A stretch of DNA of 64,000 bases, taken from assembly GCA_944391955.1 (NCBI GenBank), contig CALXVG010000001.1, forward strand, positions 315,601 to 379,600, in the 5' to 3' direction. Source of the stretch: an uncultured Clostridia bacterium. Its GTDB lineage: Bacteria; Bacillota; Clostridia; TANB77; CAG-508. This document shows, one piece after another, positions 50,094 through 59,999 of the stretch (position 1 is its first letter; each line of letters opens with the position of its first letter). The translations under genes were made by a program, and so were the position numbers. Below the pieces are notes generated by a model. That model made no database searches, was not told the origin of the DNA, and saw only the letters and a program-made list of their open reading frames with translations.

Positions 50094-51146
50094 ATGACTT
50101 TTTTTGATGAATTTATAGATACATTAATGAAGAATTCTACTACTGATTATGTTGTAGCTATTGCAATTATTTTAATTTTTACAATTATCGGTCCTGCACT
50201 TTCTAGTTTTTTACTTAAATTATTTCATGTAAAAGAAAAAAGGCTTTTGAGAATTAAGAGGCATGCTTTTTATAAACCTCTTAAGAGTTTCTTTTCTGTT
50301 TTAGGTATCTATATTGCTCTAAGAACTTTAACTTTACCTGATAGATTAGCGCTTTTTATTGAAAAAGCTTTTAGAATCTTAACCATTATATTAGTTGCAA
50401 ATGCTTCCTCTAATTTGTTTAGTTCTAATTCAAACAGTTATGAACGTGTTCAAAAATTACTGAACTTTACTGGAAATGATGCTTTAATCGGATTTGTGGC
50501 CAAATTAATAAGAGTTATAATTTACATTATTGCCGGATTTATAATAGTAAATGAACTTGGATACGATTTAAGCGGTCTTGTTGCTGGTCTTGGTATTTTC
50601 AGTGCTGTTATAGCTTTAGCAGCTCAGGATTTAGCAAAAAACATAATTGCTGGATGTTCAATAATTACTGATAAACCTTTTGATGTTGGAGACTATATTG
50701 AGCTTAATGCTCTTTCTGGAACTGTGGAAGATATAACATTTAGAAGTATAAGAATTAGAAATGTAGAAAATCAGGTTATTGTAGTACCAAATAGTGTAAT
50801 ATCTACATCTACTTTAATTAATTATACAAAAATGCAAAAAAGACGTTATTTCTTAACGCTTACCCTTGAACATTCTACAGACTTAAACAAAGTTTTAGAA
50901 TTATTAGAGAAAATTAAATCATTACTTTTTGCACATGATAATGTATTGCAAGATAATATAAAAGTTTATTTTAATACTTTTTCTTCAAATGGTATTGATA
51001 TTTCAATAGATTTTTATACAGATATTGTGGATTATGCAGAGTATTTACAATTTAAACAAGAAATGAATTATGAATTATTAGATTTAATACAAAAAGAAAA
51101 TATTAAAATTATACATAATGCTCAAACAGTATATGTAAAAAGTTAA
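50094..51146 (+). CDS. Mechanosensitive ion channel protein (MscS family)
   Basis: TM region plus 'AGLGIFSAVIALAAQDLAKNIIAG...GTVEDITFRSIRIRN' MscS beta-domain motifs. The ATG at 50094 has a GGAGGTG SD; the ORF track used an upstream TTG. Confidence 0.85.
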   Translation: MTFFDEFIDTLMKNSTTDYVVAIAIILIFTIIGPALSSFLLKLFHVKEKRLLRIKRHAFYKPLKSFFSVLGIYIALRTLTLPDRLALFIEKAFRILTIILVANASSNLFSSNSNSYERVQKLLNFTGNDALIGFVAKLIRVIIYIIAGFIIVNELGYDLSGLVAGLGIFSAVIALAAQDLAKNIIAGCSIITDKPFDVGDYIELNALSGTVEDITFRSIRIRNVENQVIVVPNSVISTSTLINYTKMQKRRYFLTLTLEHSTDLNKVLELLEKIKSLLFAHDNVLQDNIKVYFNTFSSNGIDISIDFYTDIVDYAEYLQFKQEMNYELLDLIQKENIKIIHNAQTVYVKS

Positions 51147-51209
51147 TTTATTAAGCAGAATACAAAATTAGCCATATATGCACATTTTAAACATATATGG
51201 CTCTTTATT

Positions 51210-51395
51210 TTAATTAATTCTATTTTCAATTACATAAGTATTATTATTTACTTCTTTGTTTACATCTTTCGTAAATGAATTAGTTATATAACCTGCAAAA
51301 AAGCCTAATAGGAAAACTATTATAAAAATAACAGTAGTTTTTAAAGATTCTTGTTTATTATACATTTCTTTATCATATACTTTCATACTTATCAA
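51210..51395 (-). CDS. Small hypothetical membrane protein
   Basis: 61 aa, one TM helix; weak support. Confidence 0.2.
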   Translation of the reverse strand: MISMKVYDKEMYNKQESLKTTVIFIIVFLLGFFAGYITNSFTKDVNKEVNNNTYVIENRIN

Positions 51396-51587
51396 CTTCT
51401 TTCTTTGGAAATTGTATATATCTATTTTATCCTATTATATGATTTTTTGCAAGTCCATTGTGTTTTTTTTAATAATCATTTTGAGACAATATTTTAACTT
51501 ATTTCTTGCTTTTCGATATAATTTTGTTTTACATTTTATAAATTTATGATATTATATTTTTATAAATATATATGTGAGGAAAATCAA

Positions 51588-51971
51588 ATGAAAAAATTTA
51601 ATAATAATTGTTCGGGTATTACCCTTATTTCTTTAATTATTACTGTAATTATTTTGATGATATTAGCTGCTGCAACTATTAATGTTGCTATTGATGGAAA
51701 TTCGTTTAGAAAAGCAGAAAACTCTTTTTATAAAACTGATGATAAAATATCTCAAACACAATCTAAAACTAATGAATTAATTGAAGATTTTGACGGTTTA
51801 AATATTGACAATAATATTGCTGATAATTCTATGTATGAAACTCATGCTTGGGTTAGAGGTACTGGTGCAACTATAGATCATATACATTGCACTCTTTGTG
51901 GTCTTGAATTTGATATTGGTGATGAAGTACTTTATTCTCCAACAACTAAAACAACTTCAGAAACCTCTTAG
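51588..51971 (+). CDS. Prepilin-type N-terminal domain protein (type IV pilin/pseudopilin-like) with C-terminal Cys/His cluster
   Basis: 'MKKFNNNCSG|ITLISLIITVIILMILAAAT' resembles a class III signal peptide, with Ser instead of Glu at +5. A GAGGA SD is present. The C-terminal 'HIHCTLCG' cluster is unusual. A terminator follows. Confidence 0.35.
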   Translation: MKKFNNNCSGITLISLIITVIILMILAAATINVAIDGNSFRKAENSFYKTDDKISQTQSKTNELIEDFDGLNIDNNIADNSMYETHAWVRGTGATIDHIHCTLCGLEFDIGDEVLYSPTTKTTSETS

Positions 51972-52027
51972 ACCTGTTGTTGCATTTACTCATGGAGCAC
52001 CTGAGAAAAAATAATGTATATCTTTAT

Positions 52028-52067
52028 TCCACCACATTACTTATACAAGTAATGTGGTGTATTTTTT
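52028..52067. terminator. Bidirectional rho-independent terminator (pilin-like gene / sigE)
   Basis: 13-bp perfect stem CCACCACATTACT/AGTAATGTGGTG with loop TTATACA, followed by TATTTTTTA. Confidence 0.65.
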
Positions 52068-52074
52068 ATCCTGT

Positions 52075-52795
52075 CTTACTTAATATATCTTTTTTCATTT
52101 TATGCATTATTTTTTTTTCTAATCTCGAAATATAGCTTTGAGAAATTCCGTAACATATCTGCTACTTCTTTTTGAGTTTTCTCTACTCCAGTTTTAAAAC
52201 CAAATCTCAGTTCCATTATATTTTTTTCTCGTTTAGTTAGTTTTAATATTGCATCTTTTAACAAAACTCTATCGACTTCATCTTCTATTCTTCTATATGT
52301 TACATCTTCTTCTGTTCCTAGGATATCAGATAGCAATAATTCATTTCCATCTCCATCTTGATTTAGTGGTTCATCTATGGATATCTCACCTTTTATTCGA
52401 TTACTTCTTCTTAAATACATTAGAATTTCATTTTCTATACATCTTGAAGCATATGTTGCTAATTTAATATTTTTTTCTGCATTAAATGTATTAATTGCTT
52501 TCATGAGTCCTATTGTTCCTATTGAAACTAAATCTTCTATTCCTATTCCTGTATTTTCAAATTTTTTTGCTATATATACAACCAATCTTAAATTGTGTTC
52601 AACTAATATTTGTCTTGCTTCGAAATCATTATTATCTAATTTCTTTATCATCTCCTCTTCGTCTTCTGCTTTTAGAGGGGGTGGTAATGTTTGGCTTCCA
52701 CCTATATAAAAAATTAAATTTTCTTCTCCATTTTCTGATTTTAAATAATTCTTTATTTTAGTTTTTAATATATCTAAAATATTCATTATAATCAT
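52075..52795 (-). CDS. sigE: RNA polymerase sporulation sigma factor SigE (pro-sigma-E); apparent +1 frameshift in region 4.2 near 52148-52150
   Basis: '[12 protein letters not shown]...[37 protein letters not shown]...[18 protein letters not shown]' is SigE. The annotated frame ends '...[20 protein letters not shown]' at 52100. The neighbouring frame encodes the conserved '...[24 protein letters not shown]', with its stop at 52075-52077. Confidence 0.8.
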
Positions 52796-53717
52796 CTCCT
52801 TCTTCCAAGATATTTAAACCTATTAAAGCTGAATATGCATTGTTATTGCTTAGTTTCTTTTCATATATTCCAATAATTACATTTTTTATGAATTTTTCTA
52901 TGCCTTGATAAAATATAATAGCTCCTTTTGCTTTTATACCTACTAATAATCCATTTTCTTTCCCTAATGATTTAAATGGAATAACTCTTAATTTTGATAG
53001 ATATCCTTCCATTTCCATATTTTCCCCATTTATAAAATTAAGAGTATTTTCCATAATGGTTTTAGGTAAAACATTTGTTAATTTTTCTTTTTCTACGATT
53101 ATGACTGGCATTTTGCTTATTGGATCAGTTAAAAAATTTCCTGTATCAATGATGGCTTTTACTTTTATTTTTTCATTATCTAATAAAATCTCTATTTCAC
53201 ATACAATATCTTTTTTACTAATTTTTCCTTTAATATTTTTAAAGGAAATTGTTATAATAATGAATCCAATTATTCCACCTATTAATATTATTTTTATTGG
53301 TGATACCCCTATCAAGACTCCATTTTCAAATGATATGTTTTGTGGTTTTACAAAGTATAGAAGTGCAAAAGTTACACCTCCAAAAGTAAATGATGTTAAA
53401 TAAAATATCATTAGTTCTTTTAAAAAAATTTTGATGTTTGTAGGCTGAAATGCTATATATATCATTGCTATTGATAATGCTATTTTTAAAAATAAATTTG
53501 AATATATGATTAATTGTGAAGTATAACTTATAATTGCATATATGCTTCCTATACTGCTTGAAGCAATTAGTCTTAAAATCTTTTTAGGAATTCTTAAAAT
53601 TGTTGCTGTTGCAAATAAAATTATGCAATTCATGAATAGATTTTCTAAAAAAATTATATCTATGTATACTGTCATAATAGTTGAATTATAGCATGTTTTA
53701 TTTGAAAAGCTTGTCAT
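52758..53717 (-). CDS. spoIIGA: Sigma-E processing peptidase SpoIIGA
   Basis: Polytopic N-terminus plus the aspartic-protease '[13 protein letters not shown]' motif. It is immediately upstream of sigE and overlaps it. An alternative start (MTVYIDII) lies at 53675. Confidence 0.8.
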   Translation of the reverse strand: MTSFSNKTCYNSTIMTVYIDIIFLENLFMNCIILFATATILRIPKKILRLIASSSIGSIYAIISYTSQLIIYSNLFLKIALSIAMIYIAFQPTNIKIFLKELMIFYLTSFTFGGVTFALLYFVKPQNISFENGVLIGVSPIKIILIGGIIGFIIITISFKNIKGKISKKDIVCEIEILLDNEKIKVKAIIDTGNFLTDPISKMPVIIVEKEKLTNVLPKTIMENTLNFINGENMEMEGYLSKLRVIPFKSLGKENGLLVGIKAKGAIIFYQGIEKFIKNVIIGIYEKKLSNNNAYSALIGLNILEEGDDYNEYFRYIKN

Positions 53718-53792
53718 TTCTTGAACGCGAAAAAAAGAAATAATCTACTTTTTAGATTATTTCTTTTTATTTTTTTCTATTTATCTATTTCC

Positions 53793-54923
53793 TTATACTT
53801 TATTTCCTTTTTTTCTTAAGAATGAAGGAATATCTAAATCTCCTTGTTGTTCTTTATTTGGAGTTTGTTGTTGTATTGAATTTATTTTTCCGTTCCATGC
53901 TTTGTTTACTAAACTTTCTACACCCATTGCTGATAAATCTTCTGTTTTTTCAAATCCTGTTGCTATAACTGTAATAACAATCTCATCGCCTAAGCTTTCA
54001 TCTGTTACTACACCGAAGATGATATTTGCTTCAGGGTCTACACTGCGTTGAACTAGTTCAGCTGCTGTATTTGCTTCTTGTAATCCTAAATCATTTCCAC
54101 CTGTAATATTTATTATAACTCCTCTTGCTCCTTCAATAGAAGTTTCTAGTAATGGACTTTGTATTGCTTGTTTTGCTGCATCTTCTGCTCTATTTTCTCC
54201 ACTTGCTCTACCTATACCCATGTGAGCCATACCTGTATTCAACATTACTGTTTTTACATCTGCAAAGTCTAAGTTGATTAGTCCTGGTGTTGAAATTAAA
54301 TCTGAAATTCCTTGTACACCTTGTCTTAATACATCATCTGCCATTTTGAATGCTTCTATTATTGATGTTTTTCTGTCAATGATTTGTAATAATTTATCGT
54401 TTGGAATAACAACTAATGTGTCTACTTTTTCTTTTAATGCTGTAACTCCTCTTTCAGCTTGTGTCAATCTTTTTTTACCTTCAAATGTAAATGGTTTTGT
54501 TACAACACCTATTGTTAGTATTCCTAATTCTTTTGCTGTTGCTGCAACTATTGGAGCTGCTCCTGTTCCTGTTCCTCCACCCATTCCAGCTGTTACAAAA
54601 ACCATATCTGCTCCGCGTAGAGCTTCTGCTACTTCTGATTTGCTTTCTTCTGCTGCTTGAGTTCCAATATCTGGATTTGCTCCTGCTCCTAATCCTCTTG
54701 TTAACTTTTCACCTATTTGGATTTTTGTACTAGCTTTTGAACGTTGTAATGCTTGATTATCTGTATTTACAGCAATAAATTCAACACCTTTTATTCCTGA
54801 TTCAATCATTCTGTTTATTGCGTTATTTCCAGCACCTCCAACTCCTATAACTTTAATTGTTGCTGTGCCATCAATATTATTAACAAAACTGTTATTACTT
54901 TCATCATAATTTGCTTCTATCAT
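53793..54923 (-). CDS. ftsZ: Cell division protein FtsZ
   Basis: '[13 protein letters not shown]', '[18 protein letters not shown]' and '[11 protein letters not shown]' tubulin-like motifs. Confidence 0.95.
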   Translation of the reverse strand: MIEANYDESNNSFVNNIDGTATIKVIGVGGAGNNAINRMIESGIKGVEFIAVNTDNQALQRSKASTKIQIGEKLTRGLGAGANPDIGTQAAEESKSEVAEALRGADMVFVTAGMGGGTGTGAAPIVAATAKELGILTIGVVTKPFTFEGKKRLTQAERGVTALKEKVDTLVVIPNDKLLQIIDRKTSIIEAFKMADDVLRQGVQGISDLISTPGLINLDFADVKTVMLNTGMAHMGIGRASGENRAEDAAKQAIQSPLLETSIEGARGVIINITGGNDLGLQEANTAAELVQRSVDPEANIIFGVVTDESLGDEIVITVIATGFEKTEDLSAMGVESLVNKAWNGKINSIQQQTPNKEQQGDLDIPSFLRKKGNKV

Positions 54924-54968
54924 AATGTAATTTCCTCCCTCTTTCTATATAAAATTTAAAATTAAAAA

Positions 54969-56198
54969 CTAAGTATAAAAGAATTCTTTAATTCTTTCCA
55001 ACACTGTCTTTATGACATTTCCACTTGACTTAACATCTATTTTACTTGCTACATTTTTCGAAGTATTTCGAGCTGAAATATATCTAATTAATGCATAACT
55101 TGATCTATATTCTGGTTTTATTGTACTTACTAGTCGTCCTGTTGATATTTTTACTGGTATATTTAAAACTATTTTTCCTGCGACATCACTTTTGCTTATG
55201 CAAGTTATCCCTTGTCCTGTTAGTATTACATTATTTATACTTGCTTTAACCCCAGCGTTTATTATTTGTTTATTTACTAAACTAAATATTTCTTCTATTC
55301 TCGCTTCAATGACTTCTATTAGTTGAGAACTTTTTATGATTTTATTTTTTTCATCGCCTTTATATGTATTTAAAATTATATCTGTATCATTGTCAATAAA
55401 AGATTTTAGGGCTAATGCATATTGTTTTTTTAGTCTTTCAGCTTCTTCTTCTGTAATGTTAAAAACTAGAGCAATGTCATTTGTTATATTTTCTCCACCT
55501 AAAGGAATTGTGTTTGTATAGATATAATTTTGTCCATTAAATATTCCAATATCTGTATTTCCAGCCCCTATATCTAATATCATAACATTATCATTAACTT
55601 CATTTTTATCTAGTACCAATGTCCTTTGTGCTAATATGTTAGGGATTATTCCATCTATTTCTAAATTGGCTTTTTTTAATATTCCTGTTAGTTGTCTTAC
55701 ATAATTTTTATTAGCCAAAATAACTTGTCCATTAACTGTAAATGTTGAACTTAATGCACCTACCGGATTATCTACTACCCTACCATTATCTAGTTTTATT
55801 TCATTTGTTATAATGTCAATTATTACTTTATCATCTGGAACATCTATATCTTTTATTTGTAAAAGTGCTGAATTTAAGTCTTTTGATGTTATTCCAACAA
55901 TTTTATCTTTTGCTTCTTTCACAATGCTATTTTGAACAATTGTCACATGCTTACCAGTAATTGTTATATATGTTGAATTTATTTTTATGTTTGCTTGCTG
56001 TTCTAAGTCTGAAACTGTTTTCGATATAGCAGAGGTAATTTCGTTTTCATCTGTTATTTTTGATTTTTTTATTCCAAAGCATTTGTATTCTGCTGTTGCA
56101 ATAACTTCAACTTGATTAAAATTGTTTATTTCTGCTACTACTCCGCTGACTTTGGAAGTTCCAATATCAATTCCTACAATTATATCTCCAATAGCCAA
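54969..56198 (-). CDS. ftsA: Cell division protein FtsA
   Basis: Actin-like ATPase with 'IVGIDIGTSKV' and 'ILDIGAGNTDIGIF'. It lies upstream of ftsZ. Confidence 0.9.
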   Translation of the reverse strand: MAIGDIIVGIDIGTSKVSGVVAEINNFNQVEVIATAEYKCFGIKKSKITDENEITSAISKTVSDLEQQANIKINSTYITITGKHVTIVQNSIVKEAKDKIVGITSKDLNSALLQIKDIDVPDDKVIIDIITNEIKLDNGRVVDNPVGALSSTFTVNGQVILANKNYVRQLTGILKKANLEIDGIIPNILAQRTLVLDKNEVNDNVMILDIGAGNTDIGIFNGQNYIYTNTIPLGGENITNDIALVFNITEEEAERLKKQYALALKSFIDNDTDIILNTYKGDEKNKIIKSSQLIEVIEARIEEIFSLVNKQIINAGVKASINNVILTGQGITCISKSDVAGKIVLNIPVKISTGRLVSTIKPEYRSSYALIRYISARNTSKNVASKIDVKSSGNVIKTVLERIKEFFYT

Positions 56199-56421
56199 AA
56201 TATTCCCTCCATTTTTTTATTAGTATAATAATATATTTTTTTTTAGAAAAAGTCAATACTATTCGTTATATTTTTGTAATAAATTTGTAATATTGCTGTA
56301 ATAAATTTTCTTGTTTTTTTTGTAAACTCTGCATGTTTTGTATTATATCAATAGTTACAGAAATTTTATTTGCTTTTTATTATTTTTTATGATATATTGA
56401 AAAAATATTGAGGAGAAAAAA

Positions 56422-57723
56422 ATGGAAGAAAACGAAAGATTGATTAAAGCACGTAAGAGAAATATGAAGCTATATCCTATCTACCGTATGGTAGGTTTTG
56501 ATATTGTCTTTTTGTATGCAATAAAAATGTTGTTTCTTACTCAAGTAAAAGGTGTTAATCCTCAAGATGTAATCTTATCTATTTCTTTTTATGCATTATA
56601 TATGGTTCTCTTGCAAGTTCCTGTCACAATGGCAATTAAAAAGATAGGATATGTTAGAAGTGTATTTATTAGTAATATATTTAATATTATTTATATTTGT
56701 TTGTTAATGGTTAGTACTAATATTTGGTGGTTATTATTTGCGGAATTTATTAGTGCTCTAACTTTTTCTTTTAAAGATGTTGCTGAACCTAGTCTGCTTA
56801 GCATGTCTATTCCAAAAACTGAAAATAGAGGAAATATATATTCTAAATTAGATGGTAAAGGAAACTCTAGATATAATTTATTAAATAGTTTTGCAAATGT
56901 GATTTCTGGTTTTGTGTATTTAATAAATCCATATTTGCCTCTAATTCTTTCTATTTCTTGTTCTGTAATTGCTTGTATTATAAGCTTACAATTTCAAGAG
57001 ATTGGTAAAAAACATAAGAAAAAAGAGAAAGAAGAAAATGTTTTTGCAAATTATATAAATGATTTAAAAATTTCTTTTAAATTTATATTAAAATCACGTA
57101 GATTGCGTGCATTATTACTATTTTCTGGAGTTTTTTGGGGATTACGTTGTTTAGTAATGGAATACAAAGATTCTATATTAATTGATATTGAAACATCTGC
57201 TTTTATTATTGGTATTATTGGTGCAATATTAGAACTATCTTCATCAATAGCTGCTAAAAAGCAAGGTAAATTTCATAAGAAATTTAGAAATAAATCATTA
57301 ACATATATTGCAATTAGTTTTGTTCTTGGAATCCTTATTACCGGAATTATTGCAGAACTTCATGCTCCTTTTGTTGTACAATTAATCTTTATAGTAATAT
57401 CATTTATTGTAATAAGTGTAGATAATGCCATGACTGCAGTTCTAATGAATAGATATTTGTCGAATTTCTCAAATTATGAAATATTGCCTAAAATATATTC
57501 TGCAAATTCTATTGCTAGAAATTTTTCTAGATTATTATTTGGTGTTTCTGGTGCTATATTGCTATCTATTACTGGTAGTGCACATGCAATGATAATCGCT
57601 GGTATTTTTGCTTTAATTATTATGACGCTTATTATAAGAATGATGAAATCTAATGTTGGGTTAAAACCTGAACAATACAGAAAAGAAGATATTGAATTTA
57701 AATTAAAAAATGTCAATAAATAA
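56422..57723 (+). CDS. MFS transporter
   Basis: 433 aa with ~12 TM helices and a GAGGAG SD. Confidence 0.6.
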   Translation: MEENERLIKARKRNMKLYPIYRMVGFDIVFLYAIKMLFLTQVKGVNPQDVILSISFYALYMVLLQVPVTMAIKKIGYVRSVFISNIFNIIYICLLMVSTNIWWLLFAEFISALTFSFKDVAEPSLLSMSIPKTENRGNIYSKLDGKGNSRYNLLNSFANVISGFVYLINPYLPLILSISCSVIACIISLQFQEIGKKHKKKEKEENVFANYINDLKISFKFILKSRRLRALLLFSGVFWGLRCLVMEYKDSILIDIETSAFIIGIIGAILELSSSIAAKKQGKFHKKFRNKSLTYIAISFVLGILITGIIAELHAPFVVQLIFIVISFIVISVDNAMTAVLMNRYLSNFSNYEILPKIYSANSIARNFSRLLFGVSGAILLSITGSAHAMIIAGIFALIIMTLIIRMMKSNVGLKPEQYRKEDIEFKLKNVNK

Positions 57724-57745
57724 TTATTGACATTTTTTAATTTAT

Positions 57746-58243
57746 TTATTCTTTTACTTCTGTTGTTGTTTTTTCTGTTACTGTATCAACTGTTTCTTGT
57801 ACTTTTGGTGTTTCTGTTTCAACTGCTGGTGCTTCTTCTGGTGCTGCTGCTTCTTCTACAATCTCTTCTTTTAATATAATTTCGTTTGTTTCAATTCTTG
57901 CTCCAATTTTTTCTTTTGTCTTAGCAGATTTTCCTAATCTATCTCTTAAATAGAATAGTTTTGCTCTTCTTGCTTTACCTACTCTTGTTACTTGCACCTT
58001 TTCTACTACTGGTGAATGAATTAAGAATGTTTTTTCAACACCTACTCCTGATGCAATTCTTCTTACTGTAAATGTTTTATTTACTCCTGCTCCTTGAACT
58101 TTAATTATAATTCCTTCGAAAATTTGAATTCTTTCTCTGTTTCCTTCTTTTACTCTAACATGAACTTTAACTGTATTTCCTACTTTTAGTTCTGGAATCT
58201 TATTTTTCATTTGTTCACGTTCTATTGATTTTATGATATCCAT
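57746..58243 (-). CDS. rplS: 50S ribosomal protein L19 with ~50-aa acidic C-terminal extension
   Basis: '[13 protein letters not shown]...[26 protein letters not shown]' has its own GGAGG SD at 58243. The ORF-track N-terminal 34 aa belong to the trmD reading frame. Confidence 0.9.
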   Translation of the reverse strand: MDIIKSIEREQMKNKIPELKVGNTVKVHVRVKEGNRERIQIFEGIIIKVQGAGVNKTFTVRRIASGVGVEKTFLIHSPVVEKVQVTRVGKARRAKLFYLRDRLGKSAKTKEKIGARIETNEIILKEEIVEEAAAPEEAPAVETETPKVQETVDTVTEKTTTEVKE

Positions 58244-58364
58244 TCGATATCCTCCCTTCTTAATTTCTATTTTCTGACTCTTTACTTCCGATTTCCGGAA
58301 TAAATCTGGTCTTTTTTGTTTTGTTATTTTTAATGATTGTTCCATTCTCCAATCATTAATTTTT

Positions 58365-58955
58365 TTATGGTTTCCGAGAAGTTAATACTTCTGGCACTTT
58401 TCTATTTAAAAATATTTCTGGTCTTGTATATTGTGGATATTCTAATAAATTATTTGTAAAAGTTTCTTCTTTCACAGATTCATCATTTAATACTCCATCT
58501 ACATATCTTGATACTGAATCAATTAATACCATTGCTGGTAGTTCTCCTCCTGTTAATACATAATCTCCGATTGAGATTTCTTCTGGATTAATTTCTTCTA
58601 TTACTCTTTGGTCTATACCTTCATAATGACCACATATCAATATTAAATGTTCCTCTTTGCTTAATTCTTTCACTTTGTTTTGATTTAATGTTTTTCCTTG
58701 TGGTGTTAAATATATTGTTTTTGCATTTGGCTTTTCTACACTTTTAAAAGCATCATATACAACATCTGGTCTTATTACCATTCCAGCTCCTCCACCATAT
58801 GGTGTATCATCTACTTTTTTGTGTTTGTCTTTTGAAAAATCTCTGATGTTTATTAAATTAATATCTATTATATTTTTCTCAGTTGCTTTGCCTACAATAC
58901 TTTGTTTTATAGGTTCAAACATCTCTGGAAAAAGTGTTAAAACATCTATTTTCAT
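58365..58955 (-). CDS. trmD: tRNA (guanine37-N1)-methyltransferase TrmD; C-terminus truncated by apparent +1 frameshift near 58382
   Basis: SPOUT knot motifs '[13 protein letters not shown]' and '[20 protein letters not shown]'. The ORF ends '...[10 protein letters not shown]'. The conserved continuation '[12 protein letters not shown]...QKRPDLF' is in the next frame. Confidence 0.85.
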   Translation of the reverse strand: MKIDVLTLFPEMFEPIKQSIVGKATEKNIIDINLINIRDFSKDKHKKVDDTPYGGGAGMVIRPDVVYDAFKSVEKPNAKTIYLTPQGKTLNQNKVKELSKEEHLILICGHYEGIDQRVIEEINPEEISIGDYVLTGGELPAMVLIDSVSRYVDGVLNDESVKEETFTNNLLEYPQYTRPEIFLNRKVPEVLTSRKP

Positions 58956-59458
58956 ATTAAGCCTTCCATTAATTTTACAATTATTTTTTTGTTTTGAATA
59001 TCTACCTTTTTTACAACATCTTTTATTGCTGGAAGTAAAATTTCTTTTCCATTCTCATTTTTTACAACATATACATCATTACTTCCTGTTTGTAAAACGT
59101 CTATCATTTTTCCTAATAGTTCGTTTTCTTCAGTGTAAACTTCACATTTTAGCATATCTACAATTAAATATGAATTTTCTGGCAATTCTTTTATGTCTTT
59201 TCTATTTATTTTGATGTATAAATTTCTGTATTTTTCTGCTTCATTTATATCAACAATACCTTCTAATTTAAGAAGTACCATATTTTTTACATATCTTACT
59301 TTTTCTATTTTTTTTTCTACTAATTGTGAATGAATTTGTATATAAATGGTTTCTAATTCTTCAAATCTTGTAATATCATCTGTTAAAGGCTTTACTTTTA
59401 ATAATCCTTTTAAACCATTTGTATTTACGATTTGTCCTATTTCTAAATATTCTTCCAT
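58952..59458 (-). CDS. rimM: Ribosome maturation factor RimM
   Basis: 168 aa with a PRC-barrel C-terminus. It overlaps the trmD start, in the conserved operon position. Confidence 0.85.
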   Translation of the reverse strand: MEEYLEIGQIVNTNGLKGLLKVKPLTDDITRFEELETIYIQIHSQLVEKKIEKVRYVKNMVLLKLEGIVDINEAEKYRNLYIKINRKDIKELPENSYLIVDMLKCEVYTEENELLGKMIDVLQTGSNDVYVVKNENGKEILLPAIKDVVKKVDIQNKKIIVKLMEGLI

Positions 59459-59467
59459 TACTATTTC

Positions 59468-59698
59468 CTATCCAATAAATTCTATTGTTACTCTTTTTGA
59501 TTGCTTAGCTGCTAGTGCTTTCATTACTGTTCTAATAGCTGCTGCCATTTTGCCTTCTCTTCCAATTACTTTGCCCATATCTTTTTGAGCTACCTTTACT
59601 TCAAATACTATATTTTTTTCATCTTCTTTTTCGCTTACTGAAACTTGTTCAGGAAATTCTACTAGACTTGTTATTATTGTTGTCAATGTTTCTTTCAT
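59468..59698 (-). CDS. KH domain RNA-binding protein (YlqC-like)
   Basis: 76 aa with the 'GKVIGREGKMAAAIRTV' KH motif. Confidence 0.8.
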   Translation of the reverse strand: MKETLTTIITSLVEFPEQVSVSEKEDEKNIVFEVKVAQKDMGKVIGREGKMAAAIRTVMKALAAKQSKRVTIEFIG

Positions 59699-59707
59699 TT
59701 TTTCCTC

Positions 59708-59935
59708 CTATTTTTCAATTAAACGTTTTACTGTATCTGTTGGTTTTGCTCCATTTTTAATCCATTTTTCTACTTTTTCTTTGTCTATAACTAATTCTGA
59801 TGGTTCTACCATTGGATTGTATGTTCCAATTTGTTCAATTATCTTTCCATCTCTTGGTGATTTAGAATCAGCTACTACAATGTGATAGAAAGGTGCTTTT
59901 TTCTTTCCTACTCTTTGTAATCTAATTTTTACCAT
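59708..59935 (-). CDS. rpsP: 30S ribosomal protein S16
   Basis: '[41 protein letters not shown]'. Confidence 0.95.
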   Translation of the reverse strand: MVKIRLQRVGKKKAPFYHIVVADSKSPRDGKIIEQIGTYNPMVEPSELVIDKEKVEKWIKNGAKPTDTVKRLIEK

Positions 59936-59999
59936 TTCTTTTCCTCCCTTTTTTTGTTTTTATTTATAAATTTAAAAAATTAAAATCAATTCAAATTAT

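Noticed and set aside
57746-58345. 199-aa ORF-track version of rplS beginning [10 protein letters not shown]...
   Set aside because: The first 34 codons are the conserved TrmD C-terminal tail read in the rplS frame. The real L19 start is the ATG at 58243, which has a GGAGG SD.
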